Source: Octopus sinensis | Taxonomy: Eukaryota | Direction: 5' to 3' | Length of the DNA: 64,000 bases | NCBI RefSeq assembly: GCF_006345805.1 | Contig: NC_043002.1 | Location: forward strand, 88,598,001 to 88,662,000 | Shown: positions 23,005 to 34,249 of the stretch, one piece after another | Layout: each line of letters begins with the position of its first letter | Numbering within the stretch: the stretch's first letter is position 1 | The notes under the pieces: model-generated | Databases searched by the model: none | What the model saw: only the letters and a program-made list of their open reading frames with translations | Told to the model about the DNA's origin: nothing | Translations under genes and position numbers: made by a program

Positions 23005-23358
23005 TATGTATGTATATAAAAATAAACAGAGAAAGAGATTAATATAGTTGGTATGAAGTATTGTCTGATACACATAAACATTCTTGATTTTTTTTTTGGT
23101 AATGCCAAAACATTGCATATTACTACACCATTTCTCAAAAAAGTGCCCGAAGAAGGGGTTCTATCCTCGAAAAATTGAAATACATGGTAAAAGTACAAAA
23201 TATCTTCTTGTATTATTTCTTATAATTCACGTTGTTTTGACTTTAAAGAAAAATTAAAAACATGTATGTGTATGTGTATATGTATGCACACACACACACA
23301 TACATACACACATATGTACGACTTCTGTATGTTCCCTACCTTCCATAATGCAGTGGTA
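23005..23358 (+). repeat. ~355-bp direct repeat, copy 2 (hammerhead remnant at 23143-23180)
   Basis: gtgc-CCGAAGA-a-gggg(ttctat)cctc-GAA-AAAT-T-gaaa: U4C change and stems I and III degraded relative to copy 1. Confidence 0.85.
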
Positions 23359-23831
23359 TTACTCCCATATGCATATGTATCTCAGCTATTCTCAGCTTCT
23401 ACACAGTATTATTTTTTTCTTTAATTTATTGCTTGGGTGACACTCTGGTCCATTCTCAGTGCTGGTTTGTTTCTCAGAGTAGCTTAACATATCAAAATAA
23501 CCAGTTCTTCTATACCCATAGCTCTCAGTCTCCTCTTTCTTAATGAAATAGTTATTGAATAATGTTTAGAGATTTCATTCAGCAGAGGTGTGTTTTCATG
23601 TTTTAGCATTTCAGAGATACATATGCATATGGGAGTATATTCCTCTGCCTAGGGAAATCTCTAAACAGCATATGTACGTATCATTATCATCATCCTCATC
23701 GTCATCATCATCATCATCGTCGTCGTTGTCATCGTTTAATGTCTGCTTTCCATGCTGGCATGGACTAGATGGTTTGATAGGAGCTAGCCGGCCATAGAGC
23801 TGTCCAGGCTCCAACTGGCTGTTTTTTTTTT

Positions 23832-24130
23832 GTTCCTTCTCGAGCCATGTCTGGCTCATAAGGGCCGGTTTCCCGGTTTCTTGGCGTATAGTTTCCCCAC
23901 CTGGACGGGACGCCAGTCCATCGCAGGTGAGCTGCAAGATGCAGGAGGAAAGAGTGAGAGAAAGTTGTGGTGAAAGAGTCAGCAGAAGTTTCGCCATTAC
24001 CTTCTGCCGGAGCCGCGTGGAGCTTAGGTGTTTCACTCATAAACACACACATCGTCTGGTCTGAGATTCAAAACCGCAATCCCTCGACCGCGAGTCCGCT
24101 GGTCTAACCACTTGGCTATGTGCCTCCCAC
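23832..24130 (-). mobile_element. tRNA-derived SINE with a V-domain-like motif
   Basis: Minus strand has tggttagacc...ttttgaatctc head and gatggactggcgtcccgtccagg. Same family at 28935-29246 and ~49470-49735. Confidence 0.7.
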
Positions 24131-24537
24131 TGGCTGTTTTGCAATGGTTTGTATGGTTGAATGTCCTTCCTAATGCTAATTACTTTACTGAGTGTACTGG
24201 GTGCTTTTTATGTGGTGCCAACATGAGTGCATCTTACATGGCACCAGCACAAGTGCATTCTATATGGCACCTGCAAGACAAAGACCTTTCAGCTGGGAGA
24301 GGGAGTGTGGGCATGGCTATAAAGAACATACCTTTATGTATGGATGGCCACGATTTTACTTAGCTTGACATGTCTTCTGAAGTACAGAAAATCACCAGAG
24401 GTCTCGGTCCCTTGTCATCTCCTCAGTGAGGCCAAGAGTCTGAAGATCCTTTTTCATCACTTTATCTTGTTGTGTGTGTTGTGTGTGTGCGTGTGTGTAT
24501 GTTTGTGTGTGCGTTTGTGTGTGTGTGTGCATGTAAT

Positions 24538-24578
<41 letters not shown>

Positions 24579-24799
24579 CTGTGTATATATACATATGTAT
24601 ATATGTGTGTGTTTATATATTATATATATATATATAAAGATATATATATGTATATATATAAATATATATATATACATACATATATACATACATATATATA
24701 TATAAATATATATGTAGGTCCCGGGTTGATTCGGGGTTAACCACAGTAAATAAGGTACTCAATACATAGCAGAGTAAAATTAATTTATTATATAGAAGG

Positions 24800-24850
24800 A
24801 GCTTCTACAGGACTAGAACTGTTTCATTCAAGAGAAATCATCAGGAAGCT
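24800..24850 (-). ncRNA. Putative type I hammerhead ribozyme (identical to 25634-25684)
   Basis: agcttc-CTGATGA-t-ttc(tctt)gaa-t-GAA-ACAG(ttctagtc)CTGT-A-gaagct. Confidence 0.8.
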
Positions 24851-25049
24851 AGTTAACAAGAATTGTATTGGCATTTATACATTTAGGCAGGTTTAAAGGG
24901 GTGGTGGTGGGGGACTTTTTGGGGGTAGGTATAGCGCAAAAATATCATAAAATTAAAATTAGGGAATGGGTTTGTATTTGTATGTATATGTGTGTATGTG
25001 TAGGTATGTATAGGTACACATATGTATATTATATATATATATATATATA

Positions 25050-25083
<34 letters not shown>

Positions 25084-25633
25084 GTGTGTATATATGTGTA
25101 CATAGGGACTTGTGTGTGCATGTGTGTATGTGGATGGTATGTGTGTGTAGTTGGTATGTGTATGTGGTGGTATGTATATATTTTTGTGTGTATATGTATG
25201 TGTGGTCGTGTGTGTGTATATATACATGTGTGTGTGTAATATATATGCATATATGTATATATAGATAATCTAATATATATATATATATATATATTGTATA
25301 TATATGTGTGTATATATGTATTGTATATATATATGTGTGTGGTATGTATGTGTGTATGTATATGTGTGTGTGTGTGTGTATATGTATACATATGTGTATA
25401 TGTATAAGTGAGAATCTCCTTATTTACCTAAAACTCTATTCTTCTATATATTTTTTTATTCTTTTATTATTTTTTTATTATTTTATTTATTCTTTTATCT
25501 AATTTACCACTGACTCCTTGACCACTCCCCCAAGTATGATATTTTTGCGCTATACCTACCCCCAAAAAGTCCCCCACCACCACCCCTTTAAACCTGCCTA
25601 AATGTATAAATGCCAATACAATTCTTGTTAACT

Positions 25634-25684
25634 AGCTTCCTGATGATTTCTCTTGAATGAAACAGTTCTAGTCCTGTAGAAGCT
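25634..25684 (+). ncRNA. Putative type I hammerhead ribozyme, GUA cleavage triplet
   Basis: Stem I agcttc/gaagct 6 bp, core CTGATGA 25640-25646, GAAA 25659-25662, stem III ACAG/CTGT with an 8-nt loop, predicted cut after 25678. Confidence 0.8.
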
Positions 25685-25914
25685 CCTTCTATATAATAAA
25701 TATATAAATATATATATACATATATATAAATATACATATATATATATATACATATATATACATAAGAACAATAATAAACAAAGGAATAGCAAATATATAG
25801 TGCATGTGTTTATTTGGCAAGAAAAAAATGGCCATCCTAAAATATAACAATACACACACACTCACACACACACACACACACACACACGCGCGCGCACATT
25901 CACTAAACATAGAA

Positions 25915-26070
25915 GGTGTCTGTGGAAGAAGAAAATCTTGGAAGATATGGGATGAAGTGGTGAAGACTGACCTCAAAGTGTTGAGCCTTCAAAAGTGATG
26001 ATGGAGAACCAAGATGAATGGTGATATGCTCTGCTGGAAAACTGACCTTGTCCATCTATGGACAAGGACA
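25915..26070 (+). pseudogene. RTE-clade LINE ORF2 C-terminal fragment
   Basis: EGVCGRRKSWKIWDEVVKTDLKVLSL resembles the RTE G.R.RGRP.K.W...V..DL motif. Confidence 0.6.
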
Positions 26071-26239
26071 GAATGGATGTTCTTGTCAAACCGTCCCCAG
26101 CAACACATCTCCTAACATCCACTTTTCTGCTAGTCTTCAGCAGCTCCTTCTTCCTTCCTTCCTTCCTTCCTTCCTTCGCTTCCCTTCTGCTGAATTGATG
26201 TTCTCTGCATCAAATTCATTTCATAACTCTAATCATCTG

Positions 26240-26384
26240 TCACACTATTTTCTCTCTCTCTCTCTCTCTCTCTTTCTCCCCCTCTCTTTTTCTCTCTTTC
26301 TCTCTCTCTGCACTTGCTAACACATCCACCTTTTATGCTTCTCTATCTTATTCTCTTTCATATTCACCTTGTACCATTACCTCA

Positions 26385-26432
<48 letters not shown>

Positions 26433-26575
26433 CTCTCTTCTTCTTCCTCTCTCTCTCTCTCTTCTTCTCTCTCTCTTCTTCTCCCTCTCTCTCTCTCTAT
26501 TCTTCTCTCTCTCTTCTTCTCTCTCTCTCTTCTTCTCTCTCTTCTTCTCTCTCTCTTGCTCTCTCTCTTTCTCAG
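26240..26575. repeat. (CT)n/(CTT)n low-complexity tracts
   Basis: Directly visible. Confidence 0.9.
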
Positions 26576-28296
26576 GGGAAGTCATGTGCTCACCTCTTCA
26601 GCAAGACACCTGCTACTGTTTCTCTACTTTACATTCCAATTGCTCAATTCTTATCACCTCATCACTCCCTTGAGGTGGGTATAGGTTAGGGGATGTTTGG
26701 CACCCTCATCAATGCTGGTACCATGAAAAGGACACCCCGTACACTCTGTAAAATGGTTGGTGTTAAGGTCATCCAAATGAAGAATTCATGCCAAAGCAGA
26801 AACTGGAAGTTAGTGCAAACCCATTCTTGATTTGACTGTGTCAAGCTATCCAACCCATGTCAGCATGGGAAAAAAAAATAGGCTAAATGATGTCAGTGAT
26901 GATGATGAGGAGGAGGAGGAGGAGCAGGAGGAGGAGCAGGAGGAGGAGGAGGTTAATACATGTGCACATGTATGTGTAAGCATATGTTTATGTGTGCATT
27001 AAACCTGTTTTGTGTGAGCACATTTGCCCATACATTTCAAGCATATATAGAGTACAGGAGTGCACATTATCAGTCACTTAATCATTCTGTCTTATATCTC
27101 ATGATTTTATTATCAAATCTAGACACAATTTCTAAAGATGTAAGGCAGACACATATAGAGGCATACACACACACACACACACACATATACATATACATTT
27201 ATATACAAATATATATATATATACGTATATTTGCCATTTAAATATGGCTAACCCTTAAGGGTAGATGCTACTGTAGTTTGTAGCCCCAGGAGGACACCTC
27301 CTCCAGCTGGCTATAGACACACTTTCTGTGCCCTATCAGTATTTGCAAAGGGAAGCCATCCTTCCCGTCTTCAATTTATGATACACACAGACTCGAGTTT
27401 CTGAATATATATATATATGACTCTTATTCTTTCATTTTTTCTTTCTATCAGCTTCTTCACACTTACTTCGTTCTTTCCACTCTTTGTTCTTTCGTTCCCC
27501 CACTCTCACATTTTCTGGCTTTCTCTTCATTCCCTCCTCTTTCACTTCACTCTCTCTCTCTCTCTCTCTTTTCTCATCCCTCCCTAATTCTTCTGTTGCT
27601 CTGCCTCTGCCACTCTTCTCTCTCCCCACGTGACCAGTGTTTGGCCAAGCCTGACCTTTCTTTCTTAGTTTGACTACCATCCACGCAACATCTATATTCC
27701 TCCCCATGCCTGTCATCTCTTATGTCCCTGCCGTAAGGCTTCACTTTCACACATGCCAGCTTAATTTAATTTTCCTTTAGTCGAAAGACACCTGTTGTTA
27801 TGTCCTATTATTTGCATTTGTATTTGTGTGCCAGTTCTCAGTTTTTTTTCCATCCTTGCTTTCATATACATTTGCTGCTTTCTTCCAAGGAATCTAATGC
27901 ACTTAGCTTAGTTTTCCTTGGAGCTGGCCAGATTGGGGCAATCTCAAATATAACCAGTCAAAATTGCAAAGATAATCTGGAACTCAACTGAGGAAAGAAA
28001 ACTTCAAATGATCCATCTGTGTTTTTTCTTGTCCCTCTTTTGTATCATCTGTCTGGATGTTTTGTGTTCTCATCCCATTTTTAGTATTCCTTTATATATA
28101 TATATATATATATATCTATTAGTTTCAGCTCAAAGCTGTGGGCATGATGGGGCACAATATATATATATACATATATAAGTAGTTGAATGAATTATCTTAG
28201 TATGGATAATTCGGTTAACCGATACCTGGGTAGCAAATTCACGTCAGAAAAACACGGTTGAAGCTGTGTGTATATGTATGTACGTATGTATGTATG

Positions 28297-28330
<34 letters not shown>

Positions 28331-28739
28331 TGTATGTATGTATGTGTGTGTATATATATATATATACACACACATACACACATATGTATATATATATAGA
28401 TATATATATATAAATATATATATCTATAAATATAGAGATATATATTAGACTAAAATTATCTATACATCAAAATCAGCTGAAATTGATGGGTCAGCTATGT
28501 GGCTGAAGTGGCAGCATACCGAGCTATGTAAACATTGATGTCATGTTCAATTCCCAGTGGTTCAGCTCATCTTTTTTCAGTCAGTTGTTTAGATTTACTT
28601 ACTTTAGACAATATATTATATAAATAATAAATAATTATAGCTATTATATATATAAATATACATATATAATATGATATAAGGAAAATGGAGGGTTTGAACA
28701 TAAAAAAATCAATTTATTTACACAATAGTCAATTTTATA

Positions 28740-28832
28740 TTGCCTACGTACGTTTCAATTTCCTACTTTCATTCATGTTTTGCAATTAAGATTGCATTAT
28801 GCATTTAAAATGAAAAAATTTCTTCAGGGCAA
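28740..28832 (-). ncRNA. Putative type I hammerhead ribozyme with a 64-nt stem II
   Basis: ttgcc-CTGAAGA-aattt[tttcatt...tgcaat(ctta)attgca...aatgaaa gtagg]aaatt-GAA-ACGTACGT-A-ggcaa. All core positions canonical, palindromic stem III. Confidence 0.7.
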
Positions 28833-28934
28833 AAATTGACAAATATTTGTTCACATCCTAATGGATGGAGAGTTGCTCACAGACTGAGATTGCAAGATAG
28901 TGATTGGGTTATTAAAATCCAAACTATGCAAAAT

Positions 28935-29246
28935 TTTTTTTTGTTTGTTCCTTCTCGAGTCATGCCTGGCTCATAAGGGCTAGTTTTCCCGGTTTCTTGG
29001 CGTAGAGGTTCCCCACCTGGACGTGATGCCGGTCCGTTGCAGGTGAGCTGCAAGATGCAGGAGGAAAGAGTGAGAGAAAGCTGTGGCAAAAGAATCAGCA
29101 GAAGTTTCGCCATTACCTTCTGCCAGAGCCGCGTGGAGCTTAGGTGTTTATCTCATAAACACACACATCGCCCAATCTGAGATTCGAACCCACGATCTCT
29201 CGACCGTGAGTCCGCTGCTCTAACCACTAGACCATGTGCCTCCATG
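28935..29246 (-). mobile_element. V-domain-like SINE
   Basis: Same family as 23832-24130. 13-bp TSD aactatgcaaaat at 28922-28934 and 29247-29259. Confidence 0.85.
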
Positions 29247-29420
29247 AACTATGCAAAATGGTACAATACAAATGGCTGCTTATAAACATATATCTTTTTG
29301 TTACACAAAGATAAATAGATATTCAAGTATGGATAAGCAATTAGTTCTTTACACACAAAAGCATGCTGCTATCTTGGTCTGTAAGAAACTCTCCATTCAT
29401 TAGGATGTGAACAAATATTT

Positions 29421-29506
29421 TTGCCCTGAAGAGATTTTTAAATGCATTATGCAATCTTAGTTGCAAAATATTAATGAAGGTAAGAAATTGAAACATACGT
29501 AGGTGA
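29421..29506 (+). ncRNA. Second, more diverged long-stem-II hammerhead copy
   Basis: ttgcc-CTGAAGA-gatttt...gaaatt-GAA-ACATACGT-A-ggtga. Confidence 0.55.
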
Positions 29507-29810
29507 TATGAAACTGACTATTATATAAATAAATTGATTTTCCTGTGTTCGAACTATCTATTTTCCTTATATTATATTATTAAAATTCTGATCTCTTATA
29601 TCAAATGGATGAAAACATCTATAACGAGATCTGGGACTTCATAAGTGTTAACACTAATACAAACACAAATTAATTAAACCCAAAGTACATTAATCAATAT
29701 GAAGCTAAACCAGTGTACTCTTGGATAAAATACATCCCTGTGAAAGAGCGACCTCTTTCCATTAGAAACTTCCTAAATACTTGTTATACACACACATATA
29801 TATATATATT

Positions 29811-30132
29811 ACAGAGATGTACTTGCATAGCAAGTGATTTGATCTGAGATCGTGTGTGCTGAAACGAAAACAATTGCAGCGTGGAAGGTGTTTGTAAGCC
29901 ATTTAAGAAACACACAAAAGCCGTTCGATTCACTTCAACATTTAAATTTAATTTGTCAAAATATTTTTGTTGCTATAAGACCGCGACCTGTTCACTGACA
30001 AAAATCCGTGCTGCAAAAATCTTAAAGCGACGAAAATATTTTGACAAATTAAACTTAAATGTTGAAGTGAATCGAACGGCTTTTGTGTGTCTCTTAGATG
30101 GCTTACAAACACCTTCCACGCTGCAATTGTTT
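29811..30132. mobile_element. Fold-back repeat (arms 29868-29980 and 30020-30132) between (TA)n tracts, carrying a hammerhead-like motif
   Basis: aaacaattgcagcgtggaaggtgtttg... is reverse-complemented at the right end. Confidence 0.8.
29952..30002 (-). ncRNA. Putative type I hammerhead ribozyme, G3-C8 core variant (this copy CpG-decayed)
   Basis: tttgtca-GTGAACA-g-gtcgc(ggtcttata)gcaac-aAA-AATATT-T-tgacaaa. The right arm (30020-30048) preserves gcgac-GAA-AATATT-T-tgacaaa, which restores stem II and G12. Confidence 0.55.
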
Positions 30133-30677
30133 ATATATATATATATATATATATATCAGTAACAATTGATATGGCCATGGACTTTAATACTACTGGTAAT
30201 CTTATAACTTTATCAATTATTTATCCAGTAGGAATTGGAAATAAGAATAACAAAATAGTTAGGTTAGTGTTTGTGTGTTTGTTTATTCTTACATAAGAAA
30301 AGTAGGTTTTCTTTAAAAATGCAAAAATACATAAAACTTCTACCAGGTTTTAACATTTTTCAAAAATAAATTTGCCTTTTATTTTTTATTGATTTCCTAA
30401 AATATATTTCTTTGATAGATCTATTGAATTCCTTTTCAAACTCTATTAGAACTATCTCTTAATTCAAGCTAAAAATAAGCCTTATATTTCTTTGATTGGC
30501 AAGTATATAAGAGCTGATGCTATCATGATAAAAATCAGTATAGTATAGAATTCCAAACTTACCATTTTCAAAGCAGACTGAAGCTAACTTTCATTCTAGA
30601 TCCTATCTTTAGATTTCATTTGAAAACTTTATTTCTCATTAAAAAGGATATCATTGAAATCGATCAATATATATAAA

Positions 30678-30719
<42 letters not shown>

Positions 30720-31406
30720 CATAACAAACAGAAGTGAAAAACAAAAGCAAGATGGTGATTGGATTATTGAAATCCAAACAATGCTGAATGGTACAATATG
30801 GATGAATAAAAATGGCTGCTCATAGATATATAGGTTTTTGTTCACACAAAGACAAATAGATATTTAAGTATGGATAATCAGTTAACCCTTTACATTCAAA
30901 TGTCAAATCTAATGTTTATTTATTATTTTTGTTTTGAATTAATCATACATTATCTCGACTATGAAATTTCTGTAATGTGATTGTTTATTTTTAGAGTGAC
31001 ACTTAAGTTAGGTCTGGCTGGTTTGAAGATAAAACAAGTAGAATATTTTGGTTGGATATAGCCAGTTTAAATGCAAGCATGTGCTGCTGGGTTAGGTTCG
31101 TTCATAATGTATAGCATTATGGGTGTGTTCTATAATAGCCACATTTGTATATATAGATGAAAATATATACTTCGTTTTAGTTTTTTAATCAACAGAAAGT
31201 TACAAATATGTCTCACAAGCTGAGACTTTCATATACAGACATACAAGTGCGAGTACATGTACAAACATTCACACACACACACACACATACACACACACAC
31301 ACACACACACTTAATCATTCTGTCTTATATTTCATGATTTTATTATCAAATCTAGACACAATTTCTAAAGATGTAAGGTAGACACATATAGAGGCATACA
31401 CACACA

Positions 31407-31459
<53 letters not shown>

Positions 31460-31659
31460 ATGTAAGAAATACTCAGTCCACACTCTTAGGTGGTTGGCAT
31501 TAAGAAGAGCATCCAGACATAAAAAAGACACCATGCCAAAACAAACAACAAATCCTAGCACAGTCTTCTGGTTTGCCAACTCATGTCAATCCATACATCC
31601 CAGACCTGCATGGAAAACGGATGTTAAATAAGGATGATGATGATGATGATGTCTTTGAC

Positions 31660-31824
31660 ATTGTGTAGTAAGCAGCTTGCTTACTAACCACATAGTTACA
31701 CTTTCAGTCCCACTGCATGGCACCTTGAGCAAGTATCTTCTACTATAGCCTCAGGCTGACCAAAGCCTTGTGAGTGGATTTGGTAGACGGAAACTGAAAG
31801 AAGCCCGTCGAATATATGTATGTG

Positions 31825-31859
<35 letters not shown>

Positions 31860-32055
31860 TCCCCCCCCCCCGCCCAACATCGCTTGACAACCAATGGTGG
31901 TGTGTTTACGTCCCCGTAACTTAGCAGTGTGGCAAAAGAGACCAATAGAATAAGTACTAGGCTTACAAAGAATAAGTCCTGGGGTTGATTTCCTCAACTA
32001 AAGGCGGTGCTCCTGCATGGCCACAGTCAACTGATTGAAACAAGTAAAAGAATAT
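31660..32055 (+). mobile_element. SINE family B
   Basis: Family B head, core and tail. Confidence 0.8.
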
Positions 32056-32124
32056 ATATATATACACACACACATATGTATATATGTAATTATATGTGTG
32101 TGTGTGTGTATATATATATATGTT

Positions 32125-32156
<32 letters not shown>

Positions 32157-32308
32157 TTCAAATGAAGATTGCTCAACATTTTAAAACTGATGTAATACTT
32201 ACAATGTTTAATAAAATTAAGTAGCATGAAGCGATCGTATCAAATTACTGAAGATATACTTGTTGCTTATTTTGATTATAATCACCCCATGGATATATAT
32301 ATATATAT

Positions 32309-33148
32309 ATCACAATCAAGGAACGGCCATAATAGGCCATTCACCCACTAGAAATAACAGCCAAAGCTTCAACCGCAAAATAACATCAATTCCGTAAACC
32401 AGGAGAAAATTAAAAAACATTTACCCTGTAATTTCTTATACGATGCACCGTTTCATCTACTGTTTAATGGTAAACTAACCTGATTAAATTAAATCAAGCC
32501 AATCTTCCATAGGCCCTTAGAATCATCAACGGCCTATTATGGCCGTTCCTTGATTGTGATGTTGAACTTAAAAATGGTCTATGACTATTTAATTTTTTCC
32601 CACTAGGCCGCTGGTGGCAAAAAAATTCTACAAAATTTTTTGCCACCCTATATTGATTAATTATGAATTTTCTGGTTAATTCCGTAATGGAATCGGCGGC
32701 TTGTATTTATTTGCTGCCGATAAATTTGGCGCGAGTGCGATGATTTGAAAATTTTAGGTCAGATAATGCCGAGGCAGGGACGGAAATGCCTCGTGAAAAT
32801 ATCTGTTCCGACTTGGCTATTTCTTACTGATGATTCTAAGGGCCTATGGAAGATTGGCTTGATTTAATTTAATCAGGTTAGTTTACCATTAAACAGTAGA
32901 TGAAACGGTGCATCGTATAAGAAATTACAGGGTAAATGTTTTTTAATTTTCTCCTGGTTTACGGAATTGATGTTATTTTGCGGTTGAAGCTTTGGCTGTT
33001 ATTTCTAGTGGGTGAATGGCCTATTATGGCCGTTCCTTGATTGTGATGTTGAACTTAAAAATGGTCTATGACTATTTAATTTTTTCCCACTAGGCCGCTG
33101 GTGGCAAAAAAATTCTACAAAATTTTTTTGCCACCCTATATTGATTAA
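32309..33148 (+). mobile_element. Young retrozyme/pLTR-like element: 487-bp circularly permuted monomer plus a 220-bp perfect inverted copy, in (TA)n
   Basis: 32309-32528 is an exact reverse complement of 32828-33047. 32531-32660 is directly repeated at 33018-33148 (one T-run differs), period 487. CpG-rich, no ORF. Confidence 0.88.
32819..32925 (+). ncRNA. Putative type I hammerhead ribozyme with a 68-nt stem II
   Basis: atttctta-CTGATGA-t-tcta[...]taga-t-GAA-ACG(gtgcat)CGT-A-taagaaat. Stem I 8 bp, GUA triplet, predicted cut after 32917. Confidence 0.78.
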
Positions 33149-33152
33149 GTAT

Positions 33153-33184
<32 letters not shown>

Positions 33185-33250
33185 CTACATACACACATGC
33201 ACTCACATATGTGTGTGTATGTGATTGTGTGTAAATATATATATACACAT

Positions 33251-33286
<36 letters not shown>

Positions 33287-33859
33287 TACATATATATATA
33301 TGTGTGTGTGCATGTGTGTATATGCATGTTACTAACTCATTGCCTTGAACATCACATGATACATGTAAGTGTCACTGTCATGTAAGTGGTGTCCTTCATT
33401 TCCAGTGTTCTGTAGGAAGAATTTGCCCATATTACATCCCTATATTACTTTACTTGGGAACAGGTAAGGGTTGGCAACAAGAAGAGCATCCAGCTGTAGA
33501 AAATCCACCTCACCAAATTCCATCTGACCCATGTAAAACATAGAAATGTGGAAGTTAAAACGATCATGATGATGACTGCTACTGATTATATAATATTTAT
33601 AAGCCTCATTTAATTCTTATATCTTTTACTTGTCTCAGTCATTGGACGGCAGGCATGCGGGAGTACCACCTTGAAGTATTTAGTTCAACATATCAATGCC
33701 CCAGTTCTCATCTTTTAAGTCTTGTACTTATTTTATCAGATTTCTTTTGCCAACTCACTAAGTTGCAGTAGCCTAAACAGACTAACACCAGCTGTCAATC
33801 AGTGGGCTAGAAGACAAATACAAAAACAAGGATATACACAAACACAAACATACATATAA

Positions 33860-33899
<40 letters not shown>

Positions 33900-34118
33900 T
33901 GTCAATAATAATAAGGGTAAAATTAATTAATTAATTAGTAATTAATAATTTTACCAAGCTGTGTTCAGTATGTAAAAGGACCATTTACAGTAAATTTAAC
34001 ATTACTTTATATAATTAGGGTTCAGCAAAAAAATTTGCTTTACCACATACCGAACTTTTAGAAATAGCAGCCAAAGAATTTACCTATTTCCTCTACTATA
34101 AGAAGAGTCACCCAGACA

Positions 34119-34249
34119 ATGTATCGTCCAGCCCATGCTAGCATGGAGAACAGACATTAAATGATGATGATGATGATGATGATATCATCATCATCATCAT
34201 CATCATCGTCGTTTAACGTCCGCTTTCCTTGCTAGCATGGGTTGGACGA

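Larger units (their letters stand above)
24712..25692. mobile_element. Young element with perfect 157-bp inverted arms, each containing a complete hammerhead; inserted in (TA)n
   Basis: 24783-24939 is an exact reverse complement of 25536-25692. The interior is TG/TA low complexity and the left arm has an extra ~70-bp outward extension. Confidence 0.85.
28674..29572. mobile_element. Older element with ~190-bp inverted arms, each with a long-stem-II hammerhead; a SINE is inserted in the spacer
   Basis: 28674-28874 is an imperfect reverse complement of 29387-29572. Confidence 0.75.

Noticed and set aside
28498-28560. A-box/B-box-like sequence suggesting a tRNA gene (also the heads of all SINEs)
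   Set aside because: No cloverleaf or acceptor stem; best explained as a decayed SINE head. No bona fide tRNA or rRNA gene found in the window.
33900-34110. AT-rich repeat with a terminal hairpin ggtaaaatta/taattttacc, possibly another pLTR fragment (similarly 47880-47985)
   Set aside because: No ribozyme core or second copy is visible in this window.
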